From Limnochordia bacterium (GTDB lineage Bacteria > Bacillota > Limnochordia > DTU080), in the NCBI GenBank assembly GCA_050951545.1, contig JBMNJG010000003.1, forward strand, positions 96,001 through 160,000: 64,000 nucleotides of DNA, in the 5' to 3' direction. A program made the translations under genes and the position numbers. Every line of letters starts with the position of its first letter. Position 1 is the stretch's first letter. Shown here piece by piece: positions 29,775-38,689 of this stretch. The notes beneath the pieces are model-generated. The model was given only the letters and a program-made list of their open reading frames with translations, made no database searches and was not told the origin of the DNA.

Positions 29775-30959
29775 ATGGCAGCCAAGAAGGGGCAAGGTTC
29801 TGTGAGATTCCGGGCTGACAAGGGCCTTTGGTGTGGCCAAGTCAGTCTAGGGTACCGCACAGACCAAGCGGAAAGCGCACGGTTCGTAAGACGTTTTACG
29901 GCAAGACTCAGCAGGAAGTACTCGATGCCATGGCGCGCCTGCAGGGCGACATTCTAGCAGGCAAGCCGATCCCCAACGACAGGCTTACCGTGAAGCAGCA
30001 CTTTGAAGACTGGTTGCGCTCCAAGAAAGCTGGCGTCGCCAGGAGCACCTATACGCAGTACGAAGGGCATGTTCAGACTCACATTATCCCTTCCTTGGGA
30101 CGTATCAAACTGAAGGACTTGGATTACCGCCGCATAAACGCCTTCTACGATGAGCTACACAACCGGGAAGACAAACTCGCCCCGCGCACCATCTACGACA
30201 TTGGCGCCATCCTACGCTCAGGACTTGAAGACGCAGTGCGCAAAGGGCTTGTACCCTCCAATCAAGGGAAACTGGCTGCAAAGCTCAGTAGGGGAGACAA
30301 GGAAGCTCGCTTTCTCAACCCCCAGGAGCTGGCCAGCTTCCTCGAAGCCTGCAAGGGCGAACGTCTAGAGAATGCATTCATTCTAGCCATCAATACCGGT
30401 ATGCGTCCCGGCGAATGGCTTGGCCTGTCGTGGGATGCCGTCGATCTGCAACAGGGAAAGCTCACTGTCAGGCAAGCGCTTCACGAAGTCTCGGGGAAGG
30501 TATATCTGGGCGACGTGAAAACGAAGGCCAGCAGGAGAACCATCTCTTTGCCGAAGGACGCCGTTCAAGCATTGCGCCGACAACGCAAGCATCAGACTCG
30601 AAGAGCAGCTTGCCTCTGGTGGCAGATGGGTCAATGAAGAGAACCTAGTCTTCACCGATACCCAAGGCGGTCTCCTACGCCGCACCAACGTATCTAAACG
30701 TGATATGAAGCGCATCGTCCGCCGTGCCGATCTCGAAGACGCAACACTGCACACCTTCCGCCATACTCACGCCAGCCTGCTGATCGCCGCAGGTGTCGAC
30801 ATCAAGACAATCTCCCGACGCCTGGGCCATGAGAATATCACGATCACGCTTCAGACCTACGGCCACTTGATGCCGGGCCAAGACGAACGGGCCGCCGACG
30901 TGATGGATACCATTCTCGCCGGGCTGCCATCTGTACCTCCCATGGCCTCCCGCCTCTAG
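29775..30959 (+). pseudogene. tyrosine integrase with two frameshifts (~29865, ~30596)
   Basis: KKGQGSV arm-binding N-terminus, TGMRPGE, VKT, HTFRHT, RLGH and TYGH catalytic motifs. Confidence 0.92.
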
Positions 30960-31010
30960 CTACCAAAACCTAATGGCAGTACAATGGCAGTACAGAAGCA
31001 ACAAATGCTG

Positions 31011-31037
31011 AAAGCCCTACCGCTTGGTAGGGCTTCT
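31011..31037. terminator. element-supplied terminator downstream of tRNA-Val
   Basis: AAGCCCTACC-GCTT-GGTAGGGCTT. Confidence 0.75.
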
Positions 31038-31050
31038 AGCTGCTGTTTTC

Positions 31051-31127
31051 TGGTGGGGAAGCACGGACTCGAACCGTGGACCTCCACGATGTCAACGTGG
31101 CGATCTAACCAACTGATCTACTTCCCC
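31051..31127 (-). tRNA. tRNA-Val(GAC), integration target
   Basis: Cloverleaf GGGGAAG...CCACG-TTGACAT-CGTGG...GTTCGAG...CTTCCCCACCA. Confidence 0.96.
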
Positions 31128-31161
31128 ACGTCTTTCCTCACATTACTGTGTTGGAGATATA

Positions 31162-31236
31162 TGGAGGCGGCACCCAGATTCGAACTGGGGAATAGAGGTT
31201 TTGCAGACCTCCGCCTTACCACTTGGCTATGCCGCC
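31162..31236 (-). tRNA. tRNA-Cys(GCA)
   Basis: GGCGGCA...GAGGT-CTGCAAA-ACCTC...TTCGAAT...TGCCGCCTCCA. Confidence 0.96.
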
Positions 31237-31258
31237 CAATAGCATCAGACGCATACAA

Positions 31259-31287
31259 AGTATATGTCAGGTACACAGCGGTGTCAA
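31259..31287 (-). promoter_or_regulatory. sigma-A promoter of tRNA-Cys/Val
   Basis: TTGACA-17 bp-TATACT. Confidence 0.8.
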
Positions 31288-31425
31288 GGCCCTCCCAGGA
31301 AATCGTGTTACGCTGATCGTGCATGTCGACGGCCAACCACACGCACTCACCTCAAAAGGAGGGTTTGGACAGGTTCCACTGGATCCATAGCGAATCAATC
31401 GCTTAATGCGAGGAGGTTTCAGAGG

Positions 31426-32298
31426 ATGAACCACTATAACACGCCAGCTGAGATCGGCGCGATGATGTTGACCACCAGTGAGAAGAAGGCCAACATGGCG
31501 CTTCGTGACCTCATAGTCCTAGGTATCTTGGCAGGTGCCTATGTAGCTATGGCCGGTAATCTGTCGACTGTCGTCACAGCTGATTTGGGCCAATACGTGG
31601 GAGCCGGACTAAGCAAGTTCCTTGCCGGAAGCGTCTTCTCCATGGGTCTGACCCTGGTCGTCATCGGAGGCGGCGAGCTTTTCACCGGAAATGCACTCAT
31701 GATCATAGGCCTGCTATCTAAGCGGATCACCGCAAGACAGCTTGTAAGAAACTGGATAGTGGTTTACCTCGCCAACTTCCTGGGATCACTCGTAGTCGCC
31801 GCACTAGTCTATCTTTCGGGACTCTGGAAGACCGAAGGAGGCTTAGTAGGTGCTAGATTCGCCTTAACTGCCCATGCCAAAGTAAGCCTACCTTTCGTAG
31901 CCGCCATGGTGCGAGGGGTCTTTGCGAATTGGCTGGTGTGTCTCGGCGTATGGCTCGCCATGGCCAGCCGGGATGTGGCTGGCAAGATCCTCGCCATCTA
32001 CTTCCCTGTGATGGCCTTTGTGGCCTGTGGTCACGAACACTCCATAGCAAACCAGTTCACGGTCCCCATGGGCATCGCTCTGAAGGGTCAGCCTGCCCTA
32101 CAGGAAGCCTTGGCAGGAGCGAATCTTGCGCAGCTGAATTGGGGTAGCTTTGTCATCCGTAACCTGGTACCCGTCACTCTGGGCAATATCATCGGTGGGG
32201 CGTGCTTTGTGGGTGCGCTCTACTGGTATGTCTATCTGGCACCAACTGGCGTTGAACAGTGCGTGGATACAACCAGGGTCCAAAAAGGCCGTCATTAA
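31426..32298 (+). CDS. formate/nitrite transporter (FNT) family protein; C-terminal tail derived from the IS
   Basis: GILAGAYVA, GGELFTGN, ANWLVCL, EHSIAN, VTLGNIIGG. Confidence 0.93.
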   Translation: MNHYNTPAEIGAMMLTTSEKKANMALRDLIVLGILAGAYVAMAGNLSTVVTADLGQYVGAGLSKFLAGSVFSMGLTLVVIGGGELFTGNALMIIGLLSKRITARQLVRNWIVVYLANFLGSLVVAALVYLSGLWKTEGGLVGARFALTAHAKVSLPFVAAMVRGVFANWLVCLGVWLAMASRDVAGKILAIYFPVMAFVACGHEHSIANQFTVPMGIALKGQPALQEALAGANLAQLNWGSFVIRNLVPVTLGNIIGGACFVGALYWYVYLAPTGVEQCVDTTRVQKGRH

Positions 32299-34209
32299 GC
32301 CATTTCCGGCACATGACGGCCACTTTTCGGTTGTAGCTACATTTTCTGGGTCTATGGCTGCGTTGGTGGCTTGATGTCTAGATAGCGCGGAGGGGCCTCT
32401 AGCTGCAGTTTTTGCAGGAAATCCTTTTGAACTTCACCGGGTTTGGTGGTTTGCCAGACCTCCCCACAATCCGTTGAATGGATGCCTACCTGCATGGTGT
32501 CAAAAGCCTTTTTCATCTGATGCCATGTGGCCTCCGTAGCATTTTCCGCCACGCGAATCAGCAGCAGTGAAAGCCAACATAGTAGAGCGTGAGCGCGGAT
32601 GCGTTCGTCCTTGCGATGGTAGACAGGACGGATGTCTACTACATGCTTCAGGTCGTCAAACACGCGCTCAATGTCCCAGAGCTGCTTGTAGCCCAGGACG
32701 ATGTCCTCAGCACTCAGCTTGTCGTCTGAGCTACTGACCAGGTATTTGCCGTCGAGCTGAGTCTCCTTGCGAATCTTCGCCTTGTCCAGGCTAAGCACGC
32801 CTGCTCGATTCTGCTGCAGATAGCGCCCGAAGGTGGGGTGCGAACGCAACTCGCACGCTCCCTTGGTGTGGGCTTCGCCCTCGAGCTGTTCTAGGGCCTC
32901 CAGGCAGCGTTCGATCTCGGCAACGATGTCGTCACGCTTCAAACGATCACGTTTGGCCTCCGTAGGATTACGTACGACTACGAAGCGTCTTTGGGCTGCA
33001 CCACCCTCATCAATCAGTACTTCCTTGATTTCGAGACCGTTGGCCAGTTTCTTGTACCTGCCGCGGCGGCTGAGGGCTTCCGCTGGCTCGGCGCCTGGTC
33101 CTAGGCACATTTTCTCACCAATGATGTAGTGACCGCCCGCGCCCTGTAAGACGCGCTGGTTGGCGGCCGAGTTGAACCCTGAGTCCATAACCATCACGAC
33201 CCGGCCCAGCTGCCAATCGTTCAGGTCCTTCTTTACTGCCTCGACTAGGTTCTGATCACAGCTATTGCCGGGGAAGGACCAGCATCTCACGGGTATGCCG
33301 CTACGAGTGATGGCGAAGGCGATGGTAACCTGCGCTAGGTCGTGCCGTTTCTGCTTGTTTCGACCGCGCTTACGCAGCCCTTCCCAAGTCGGCTCGCCAT
33401 CGTCGCCACAAATGTCGTCATCCGTATGCTCGATTTCGAAGTAGACGTTGGTCGTATCGACGAAGATCAGATCAACCTCGAGGTTGAAGAGGTTGACCAC
33501 CGAGAAGAACACGTCATGCTGAATCTTTTCATCGGCCTCGAGAAGGAAATCCATCGCCCGGTAAAGCTGATGAACCTCAACTTCATCAAGCCCTGAGATA
33601 TGTACCTTTTTGGCTACCCAGTGCTCGAGTCCAAGCTTACTGCATGGAGCCAACGCCCGATTCGCCACCATGGCGAAGATAAGCCGTTCGATCGGCGTAG
33701 CAGACTCTCGCTTACGCAGAAGAGTCTCGAGCACCTTTCGGATGCCCAAACGTTGCCACAGACCGTCTAGCAGCCATGTTCCGCCCAACTCCCTAGATCC
33801 CTTGAACTCAAAGGGCTGGACGTTGCCCGCTACTACCTGCGCTTCAGCGGCTTCATCCGGCTCCAGATATCTGGAGATGCTATTGACCAGACGTCGCAGA
33901 GCTTCCGTATCCAGGGCATCGGCCGGGCCAAGGTTATGAAGCACCTTGGTCTTTGAAACTCCCTTCACAGGGTCTCTATAGTTATGACAGAGTTGCACAT
34001 ACCGAAAGGTCTTGTGACTCTTTTTGACGGATACGGTTCGCATATACATTGTAACTATATTATACCACAGGTAAGCGATTAAGGGAAGGCCGAAAACAGA
34101 TAGGGTTGTAACTACGCGTTTTGCGGTTGTGGCCACACGTTCGCGCCCAAAAAACGCTATACTAGGCCATTTCGCATTTCGGTTGTGCCCCTCAACTGTT
34201 CAACGCCAG
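32246..34209 (-). mobile_element. IS1634-family insertion sequence
   Basis: Perfect 15-bp TIRs CTGGCGTTGAACAGT (32246-32260 / 34195-34209), extendable to an imperfect 29 bp; flanks ACCAA/ACCAG. Confidence 0.9.
32352..34049 (-). CDS. IS1634-family DDE transposase
   Basis: FVDTTNVYFE, VMDSG, YKQLWDIERVF, RPVYHRKDERIRAHALLCWL. Confidence 0.93.
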   Translation of the reverse strand: MYMRTVSVKKSHKTFRYVQLCHNYRDPVKGVSKTKVLHNLGPADALDTEALRRLVNSISRYLEPDEAAEAQVVAGNVQPFEFKGSRELGGTWLLDGLWQRLGIRKVLETLLRKRESATPIERLIFAMVANRALAPCSKLGLEHWVAKKVHISGLDEVEVHQLYRAMDFLLEADEKIQHDVFFSVVNLFNLEVDLIFVDTTNVYFEIEHTDDDICGDDGEPTWEGLRKRGRNKQKRHDLAQVTIAFAITRSGIPVRCWSFPGNSCDQNLVEAVKKDLNDWQLGRVVMVMDSGFNSAANQRVLQGAGGHYIIGEKMCLGPGAEPAEALSRRGRYKKLANGLEIKEVLIDEGGAAQRRFVVVRNPTEAKRDRLKRDDIVAEIERCLEALEQLEGEAHTKGACELRSHPTFGRYLQQNRAGVLSLDKAKIRKETQLDGKYLVSSSDDKLSAEDIVLGYKQLWDIERVFDDLKHVVDIRPVYHRKDERIRAHALLCWLSLLLIRVAENATEATWHQMKKAFDTMQVGIHSTDCGEVWQTTKPGEVQKDFLQKLQLEAPPRYLDIKPPTQP

Positions 34210-34273
34210 ACCAGAGAAGATGAGTCAAGCCGGATCTCCGCACGGCCAGTGATCGTACCAGCTTGTGATATGG

Positions 34274-34305
34274 AAGACGCCGACCTGCTTTCAGGTCGGC
34301 GTCTT
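34274..34305. terminator. bidirectional terminator between the original FNT end and tRNA-Gly
   Basis: AAGACGCCGACCTG-CTTT-CAGGTCGGCGTCTT. Confidence 0.85.
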
Positions 34306-34309
34306 CATT

Positions 34310-34385
34310 TGGAGCGGGCGACGAGATTCGAACTCGCGACCCCAACCTTGGCAAGGTTGTGCTCTACCAACTGAGCTACACCCGC
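34310..34385 (-). tRNA. tRNA-Gly(GCC)
   Basis: Cloverleaf, anticodon loop TTGCCAA, CCA end. Confidence 0.97.
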
Positions 34386-34388
34386 ATC

Positions 34389-34464
34389 TGGTGCCAAGGG
34401 CCAGAATCGAACTGGCGACACCGTGATTTTCAGTCACGTGCTCTACCAACTGAGCTACCTTGGC
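34389..34464 (-). tRNA. tRNA-Phe(GAA)
   Basis: Cloverleaf, anticodon loop CTGAAAA, CCA end. Confidence 0.97.
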
Positions 34465-34512
34465 TTACTAGCTTAAGTTTTAGGGTTGGGACCTTTGATA
34501 AGGCCCCAACCA

Positions 34513-34590
34513 TGGCGGAACCGACGGGACTCGAACCCGCGATCTCCGGCGTGACAGGCCGGCGTGTTAAACCAACTACACCACGGTTCC
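34513..34590 (-). tRNA. tRNA-Asp(GTC)
   Basis: Cloverleaf, anticodon loop CTGTCAC, CCA end. Confidence 0.96.
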
Positions 34591-34604
34591 CTTTGACATT
34601 TTGT

Positions 34605-34633
34605 ATCCTATCATGGTGCTTACTAGCTGTCAA
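34605..34633 (-). promoter_or_regulatory. sigma-A promoter of tRNA-Asp/Phe/Gly
   Basis: TTGACA-17 bp-TAGGAT with extended TG. Confidence 0.7.
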
Positions 34634-34705
34634 GCACTTCTCGGTGTAGACTACTCACCATCTGCACATGCCCCGCAAGACGCTTTATACCACTCTAGGA
34701 CCAGG

Positions 34706-34782
34706 TGGTGGACGCTGCGGGACTCGAACCTGCGGCCTCCGCCTTGTAAGGGCGGCGCTCTAACCAGCTGAGCTAAGCGTCC
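34706..34782 (-). tRNA. tRNA-Val(TAC)
   Basis: Cloverleaf, anticodon loop CTTACAA, CCA end. Confidence 0.96.
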
Positions 34783-34815
34783 ATGACCCAACCTAGTGTG
34801 CAAGGGGCAAGAATT

Positions 34816-34844
34816 ATTGTATCCAAGATTGCCGTCACTGTCAA
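34816..34844 (-). promoter_or_regulatory. sigma-A promoter of tRNA-Val(TAC)
   Basis: TTGACA-17 bp-TACAAT. Confidence 0.8.
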
Positions 34845-35451
34845 TCGTCTCTTCGCGAAGGGATACACACACACGTGAAATCGCGGCGAACACCCGTTCC
34901 TGATCATGCTGCCTCCCGCCTCTCCCAGAAATCGTCCCACTGTTCACCGTGGGAGTATGCTGCAACGTTTAGCATCTGCTGTGCCCTAAGTTGGCTCCAA
35001 CGCGATTGCTTGTGGCGCCTAACAACAACCTGCTTACAGGCGCTTTCTACGCATCCGCTGCCAATGGGGTAGCCAGCGGCCTCCAGCCTCGGATAAAGGG
35101 TTCATCTCCTCCTGCGAAAGTGCCTCTTGAGTGCGTGTCAACCCACGAGTAAATCTTACCGAAGACCGTATGGCTCACTCACCAAAGATCTAACCCAACG
35201 CTTGCCTAAGTCAGAGCAGGCATAGGCTCACGACTACTGCTACGGACTCTCTGGGATGCATCGGTGGCCTCGGCCACCGATGCACTTGGTGGGCCTTGGC
35301 CGATCAGTTGTTCAATCCTGTGGTGCATAGCCAGTGGGTTTGGCTCACGTTGTCGCTTCTGCACGATCGCCAGCGGCGGGTGGACGCGCACTAACATTGG
35401 CTGCACGGCTGATGTGAGCACTAATGAAACGGACGAGGTGACCCAGGGTGA

Positions 35452-36555
35452 TTACTCGTCTTGCGTTTCGTCAGATTGGCTGGCGGTTCCCCAGCCGCGC
35501 TCATCTATTCTTTGCTGGTATTCACCGCATCTACACTCGAGATAGTTGATGAGCTTCCGGTTGAAGTCCTGACCGCGCCGGAATGGCAGCCGCCTGTGAA
35601 TCTTGCGCTTGATGATCTTGCAGGACAGCTCGTGAGCCTGAATCACGATCAGCTTGATCTTCTTCTTAGCGCAGATCTGCTGTTTGGTCTGGTCACGGCA
35701 TTGCTGCTTATGGACCTGCTCAGCCGAATTCCGCTCCGTGACGCGGTAGTGTTGCGCCCCATTGAACTCCATGGCCGTATTGTGCAAGTAATAGAAGAGA
35801 TCGACCTCCAGACGCTTGCCAGTTGCTGGGTTCCTCATGAAACCTGGGCGCATTCCGTCGTCGAAGTCAAGGCAATCGACAAGCGCCAAGAAGATAGCCT
35901 GCATGAGAGCCTCTCCGAGGTGCGTAGCGCGGTGGAGCTCATCCTGCACGTCTAGTATTTCTTTGACATTTCGCTTATCAACCGGGTTGTGGAGAGTGAA
36001 GCGAATCGGTGCCCGCTTGTGCGCCTGCTCCATCTCCAGCCAACCATGCTTGGCCAACTGACGAGCCGCGTGTTTGATGGTCTGGGGGCTCAGACTCATC
36101 CGGCCGGCTAACTCAGCGTATGTGAACTGCCTTTTGCGAGGTGGGTCCGTAGGTTTGGACAGCAGTAGGGCATAAACCAATTTGGCCTGTGCATGGATTT
36201 CAGTAGCCATGACTAACTCCACAGGTACGGAGACCCTATCCGGGGATGGCTTCTGTGCCGCGGTCTGGCTAGGTCCCCGCCTAGCCGGTGGAGCAAACCA
36301 GCCCTCGGTGGTTAACTTGGCTGTCGCCCTGCGAACGGTAGGCCGGGACATACCCGTGCGCCGCCCCAGGCGGCTGGGCGAGAAAAGGAAACTTTCCTCC
36401 AGCTGATCATCCATCGTTAAGGCCATCCAAACGATCTTCTCGCTGGCTTTTAGCTCGCGAGTCAGTAGCAGTGAGAGCGGCACGTTCACCTCATCTACAT
36501 AGAGAGAGTACAAGGGCCTCACCTCACATAACGACCATGTGTTCGATTGATTCAA
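35452..36555 (-). CDS. uncharacterised protein: two winged-HTH domains + C-terminal PD-(D/E)XK/Vsr-like nuclease domain
   Basis: Two wHTH repeats (LGRRTGMSRPTVRRATAKLTTEGW; LAGRMSLSPQTIKHAARQLAKHGW), then LEVDLFY..AMEFNGAQHY...QQCRDQTKQQIC; start may be TTG 36513. Confidence 0.8.
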   Translation of the reverse strand: MNQSNTWSLCEVRPLYSLYVDEVNVPLSLLLTRELKASEKIVWMALTMDDQLEESFLFSPSRLGRRTGMSRPTVRRATAKLTTEGWFAPPARRGPSQTAAQKPSPDRVSVPVELVMATEIHAQAKLVYALLLSKPTDPPRKRQFTYAELAGRMSLSPQTIKHAARQLAKHGWLEMEQAHKRAPIRFTLHNPVDKRNVKEILDVQDELHRATHLGEALMQAIFLALVDCLDFDDGMRPGFMRNPATGKRLEVDLFYYLHNTAMEFNGAQHYRVTERNSAEQVHKQQCRDQTKQQICAKKKIKLIVIQAHELSCKIIKRKIHRRLPFRRGQDFNRKLINYLECRCGEYQQRIDERGWGTASQSDETQDE

Positions 36556-36677
36556 TGCTGAATTCTATGTGCGGCTCCAGAATCCTTCCACAGACAATAG
36601 TTCTTCGCTGACTGCGCGTGCATTGCCGACTAAGACCCGGTGGCCACTGGGAGTCGACAGCATTTCCCCCTCGGATC

Positions 36678-37655
36678 ATCGGCTGAGTGGGAAAAGGCTG
36701 TCGCCACCGTCCGGTTATGTACTGCCCAGTAGCCCCAGAAGGGCCGCCGAGACGAGAAAACGCGCTCTTGGCCGGGGAAATGAGCCCTTCGGGCGGTCAA
36801 GATGAGCAAAAAAGGCTTCGCGAAGACCGCATCGCTGCACTTTTACCACGTACATTGGGCCCGGGGGTTAATGAGGCGGCTCTTTTGCCATCGCGGTCGG
36901 ATCCTTGGCCCCCACTTCACGTACCAATCCGGGTAAATCCCGTCCGACTACCGAGCCAGTCTCGCGAGCGTGTGCATGGTGCATGGTATTCGTCCAGCCT
37001 TTTCGAAACACACCGACCGGGCTAACACTGAAGGGTCGGTCCACAGAGGGACCCGAGTGAGCCCGCCGTGATCGCGCACTGGGGAGCTGACCCCATCGGC
37101 TGAGTGGCAAAAGGCTATCGACACTGCCGGGTTATGTACCGCCCAGTAGCTCCACAAGGGCCACCAGGGCGGGAAAGCGCGCTCTTTTGGGGGGAAAAGA
37201 GCCCTTCAGCCGGTCAAAATGAGCAAAAAGGGCTTCGCGAAGACCGCATCGCTGCACTTTTACCACGTACATTGGGCCCGGGGGCTAATGAGGCGGCTCT
37301 TTTGCCATCACGGTCGGATCCTTGGTCGCTACTCGCATGCCAATGCGGACAAATCCCGTTCGGCGAGCGAGTCTCGCAAGCGTGTCCATGCGCCCATTCT
37401 TTTCGAAACACACCGACCGGGCTAACACTGAAGGGTCGGTCCGCAGAGGGACCCGAGTGAGCCCGCCGTGATCGCGCACTGGGGAGCTGACCCCAATCGG
37501 CTGAGTGGCAAAAGGTATCGACACTGTTCGGTTATGTACTGCCCAGTAGCCCCAGAAGCGAAATCAGGGCGGGAAAGCGTGCTCTTGGGCGGCGAAATGA
37601 GCCTGTCGGGCGATCAAAATGAGCCTGTCGGGCGATTCGCGAAGACCGCATCGCT
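36678..37655. repeat. ~410-bp tandem repeat, ~2.4 copies
   Basis: Units begin ATCGGCTGAGTGG at 36678, 37095 and 37496 (periods 417 and 401 bp). Confidence 0.95.
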
Positions 37656-37835
37656 AGGTTGTTACCACCAACCCAAGCGAACGCAGAGAGATTACCGCAG
37701 TTTTTTGCGTGGCCCCTTCGCGAAGAGCCAAAGGCTGCCGATGGTAACAACATGTTCCGGTCTGCTTCGTCGTGATCCGGAGCCATTCGGGGTACCGTAA
37801 TGGTAGAGCAACGAACTTTTTTCCGGAGGTCAACC

Positions 37836-38681
37836 ATGCGTAGCCTATGGAAAGGCGCAGTCAGTTTTGGCTTAGTGAACATCCCCGTACGCATGTATGC
37901 CGCTACTGAAGATAAGGATTTGAGCTTCAGTCAGCTACATCGAGAGTGTCATACCCCTATTCGCTACGCCAAGTTCTGTCCCACCTGCGAACGGGAAGTG
38001 CAGCAAGAGGAGATCATTCGAGGTTATGCATACGACAACCGGGGCTTCGTCGTCCTGGAAGAAGACGATTTCGCCTCTCTTCCTGTGCCAACGCTTAAGA
38101 CAGTGGAAATCCTAGATTTCATTGATCTGGTGGAGATCGACCCCATCTACTACCAACGAAGCTACTACCTCGAGCCCCTGGAAGGCGCGACAAAACCCTA
38201 TTCGCTTCTGCTGCGAGCCATGCAGGAGAGTAGTAAGGTAGCTCTCGGCAAGATCACCATCCGGACACGAGAATCCCTGTGCTGTCTGCGCGTCTACCGT
38301 GATCTCCTGTCTGTAGCTACCATGCACTACCCCGACGAAGTGCGTTCTATTGAACAACTGCAGCCTCTACAGACCCACCCCGAGGTAGCCGCGGGGGAGC
38401 TGCGCATGGCTCTGCAGCTCATCGAAAGCCTGACGACCCCGTTCGAACCGAGCAAGTATACAGATGGATATCGTAGCGCTCTGCTGGAGCTGATCCGGAC
38501 CAAAGCCGCTGGCCACCAGATACACGAGGCGCCGACGCCGACGCCGTTGGCGGGTGATGTCATGGATCTGATGGCGGCTCTTGAGGCAAGCCTTAGCGCG
38601 GTAGAAAAGGAAAAGGTAATGTCCAAGACCGAGGTGGCTAGCTCCGCCAAGTTGGCTACCGGTCGACGACGCAAGGGCTAG
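37836..38681 (+). CDS. ku: non-homologous end joining protein Ku
   Basis: MRSLWKGAVSFGLVNIPV, IDPIYYQRSYYLEP, DLMAALEASL. Confidence 0.97.
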   Translation: MRSLWKGAVSFGLVNIPVRMYAATEDKDLSFSQLHRECHTPIRYAKFCPTCEREVQQEEIIRGYAYDNRGFVVLEEDDFASLPVPTLKTVEILDFIDLVEIDPIYYQRSYYLEPLEGATKPYSLLLRAMQESSKVALGKITIRTRESLCCLRVYRDLLSVATMHYPDEVRSIEQLQPLQTHPEVAAGELRMALQLIESLTTPFEPSKYTDGYRSALLELIRTKAAGHQIHEAPTPTPLAGDVMDLMAALEASLSAVEKEKVMSKTEVASSAKLATGRRRKG

Positions 38682-38689
38682 AGCAAGCC

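Larger units (their letters stand above)
20801..31096. mobile_element. ~10.3 kb tRNA-Val-integrated phage-satellite-like (PICI-like) element
   Basis: att repeats at both ends, tyrosine integrase, Xis, helicase, TerS and TerL; no capsid, portal or tail recognised. Confidence 0.88.

Noticed and set aside
20801-31096. Complete prophage
   Set aside because: Only ~10 kb between att sites, with no recognisable capsid, portal, tail or lysis genes
36678-37655. CRISPR array
   Set aside because: Unit length is ~410 bp, variable parts are homologous rather than unique spacers, and there are no cas genes
36569-37894. Repeated small ORFs within the 410-bp array as a protein family
   Set aside because: Frames and lengths differ between units, there are no RBSs and no recognisable domains
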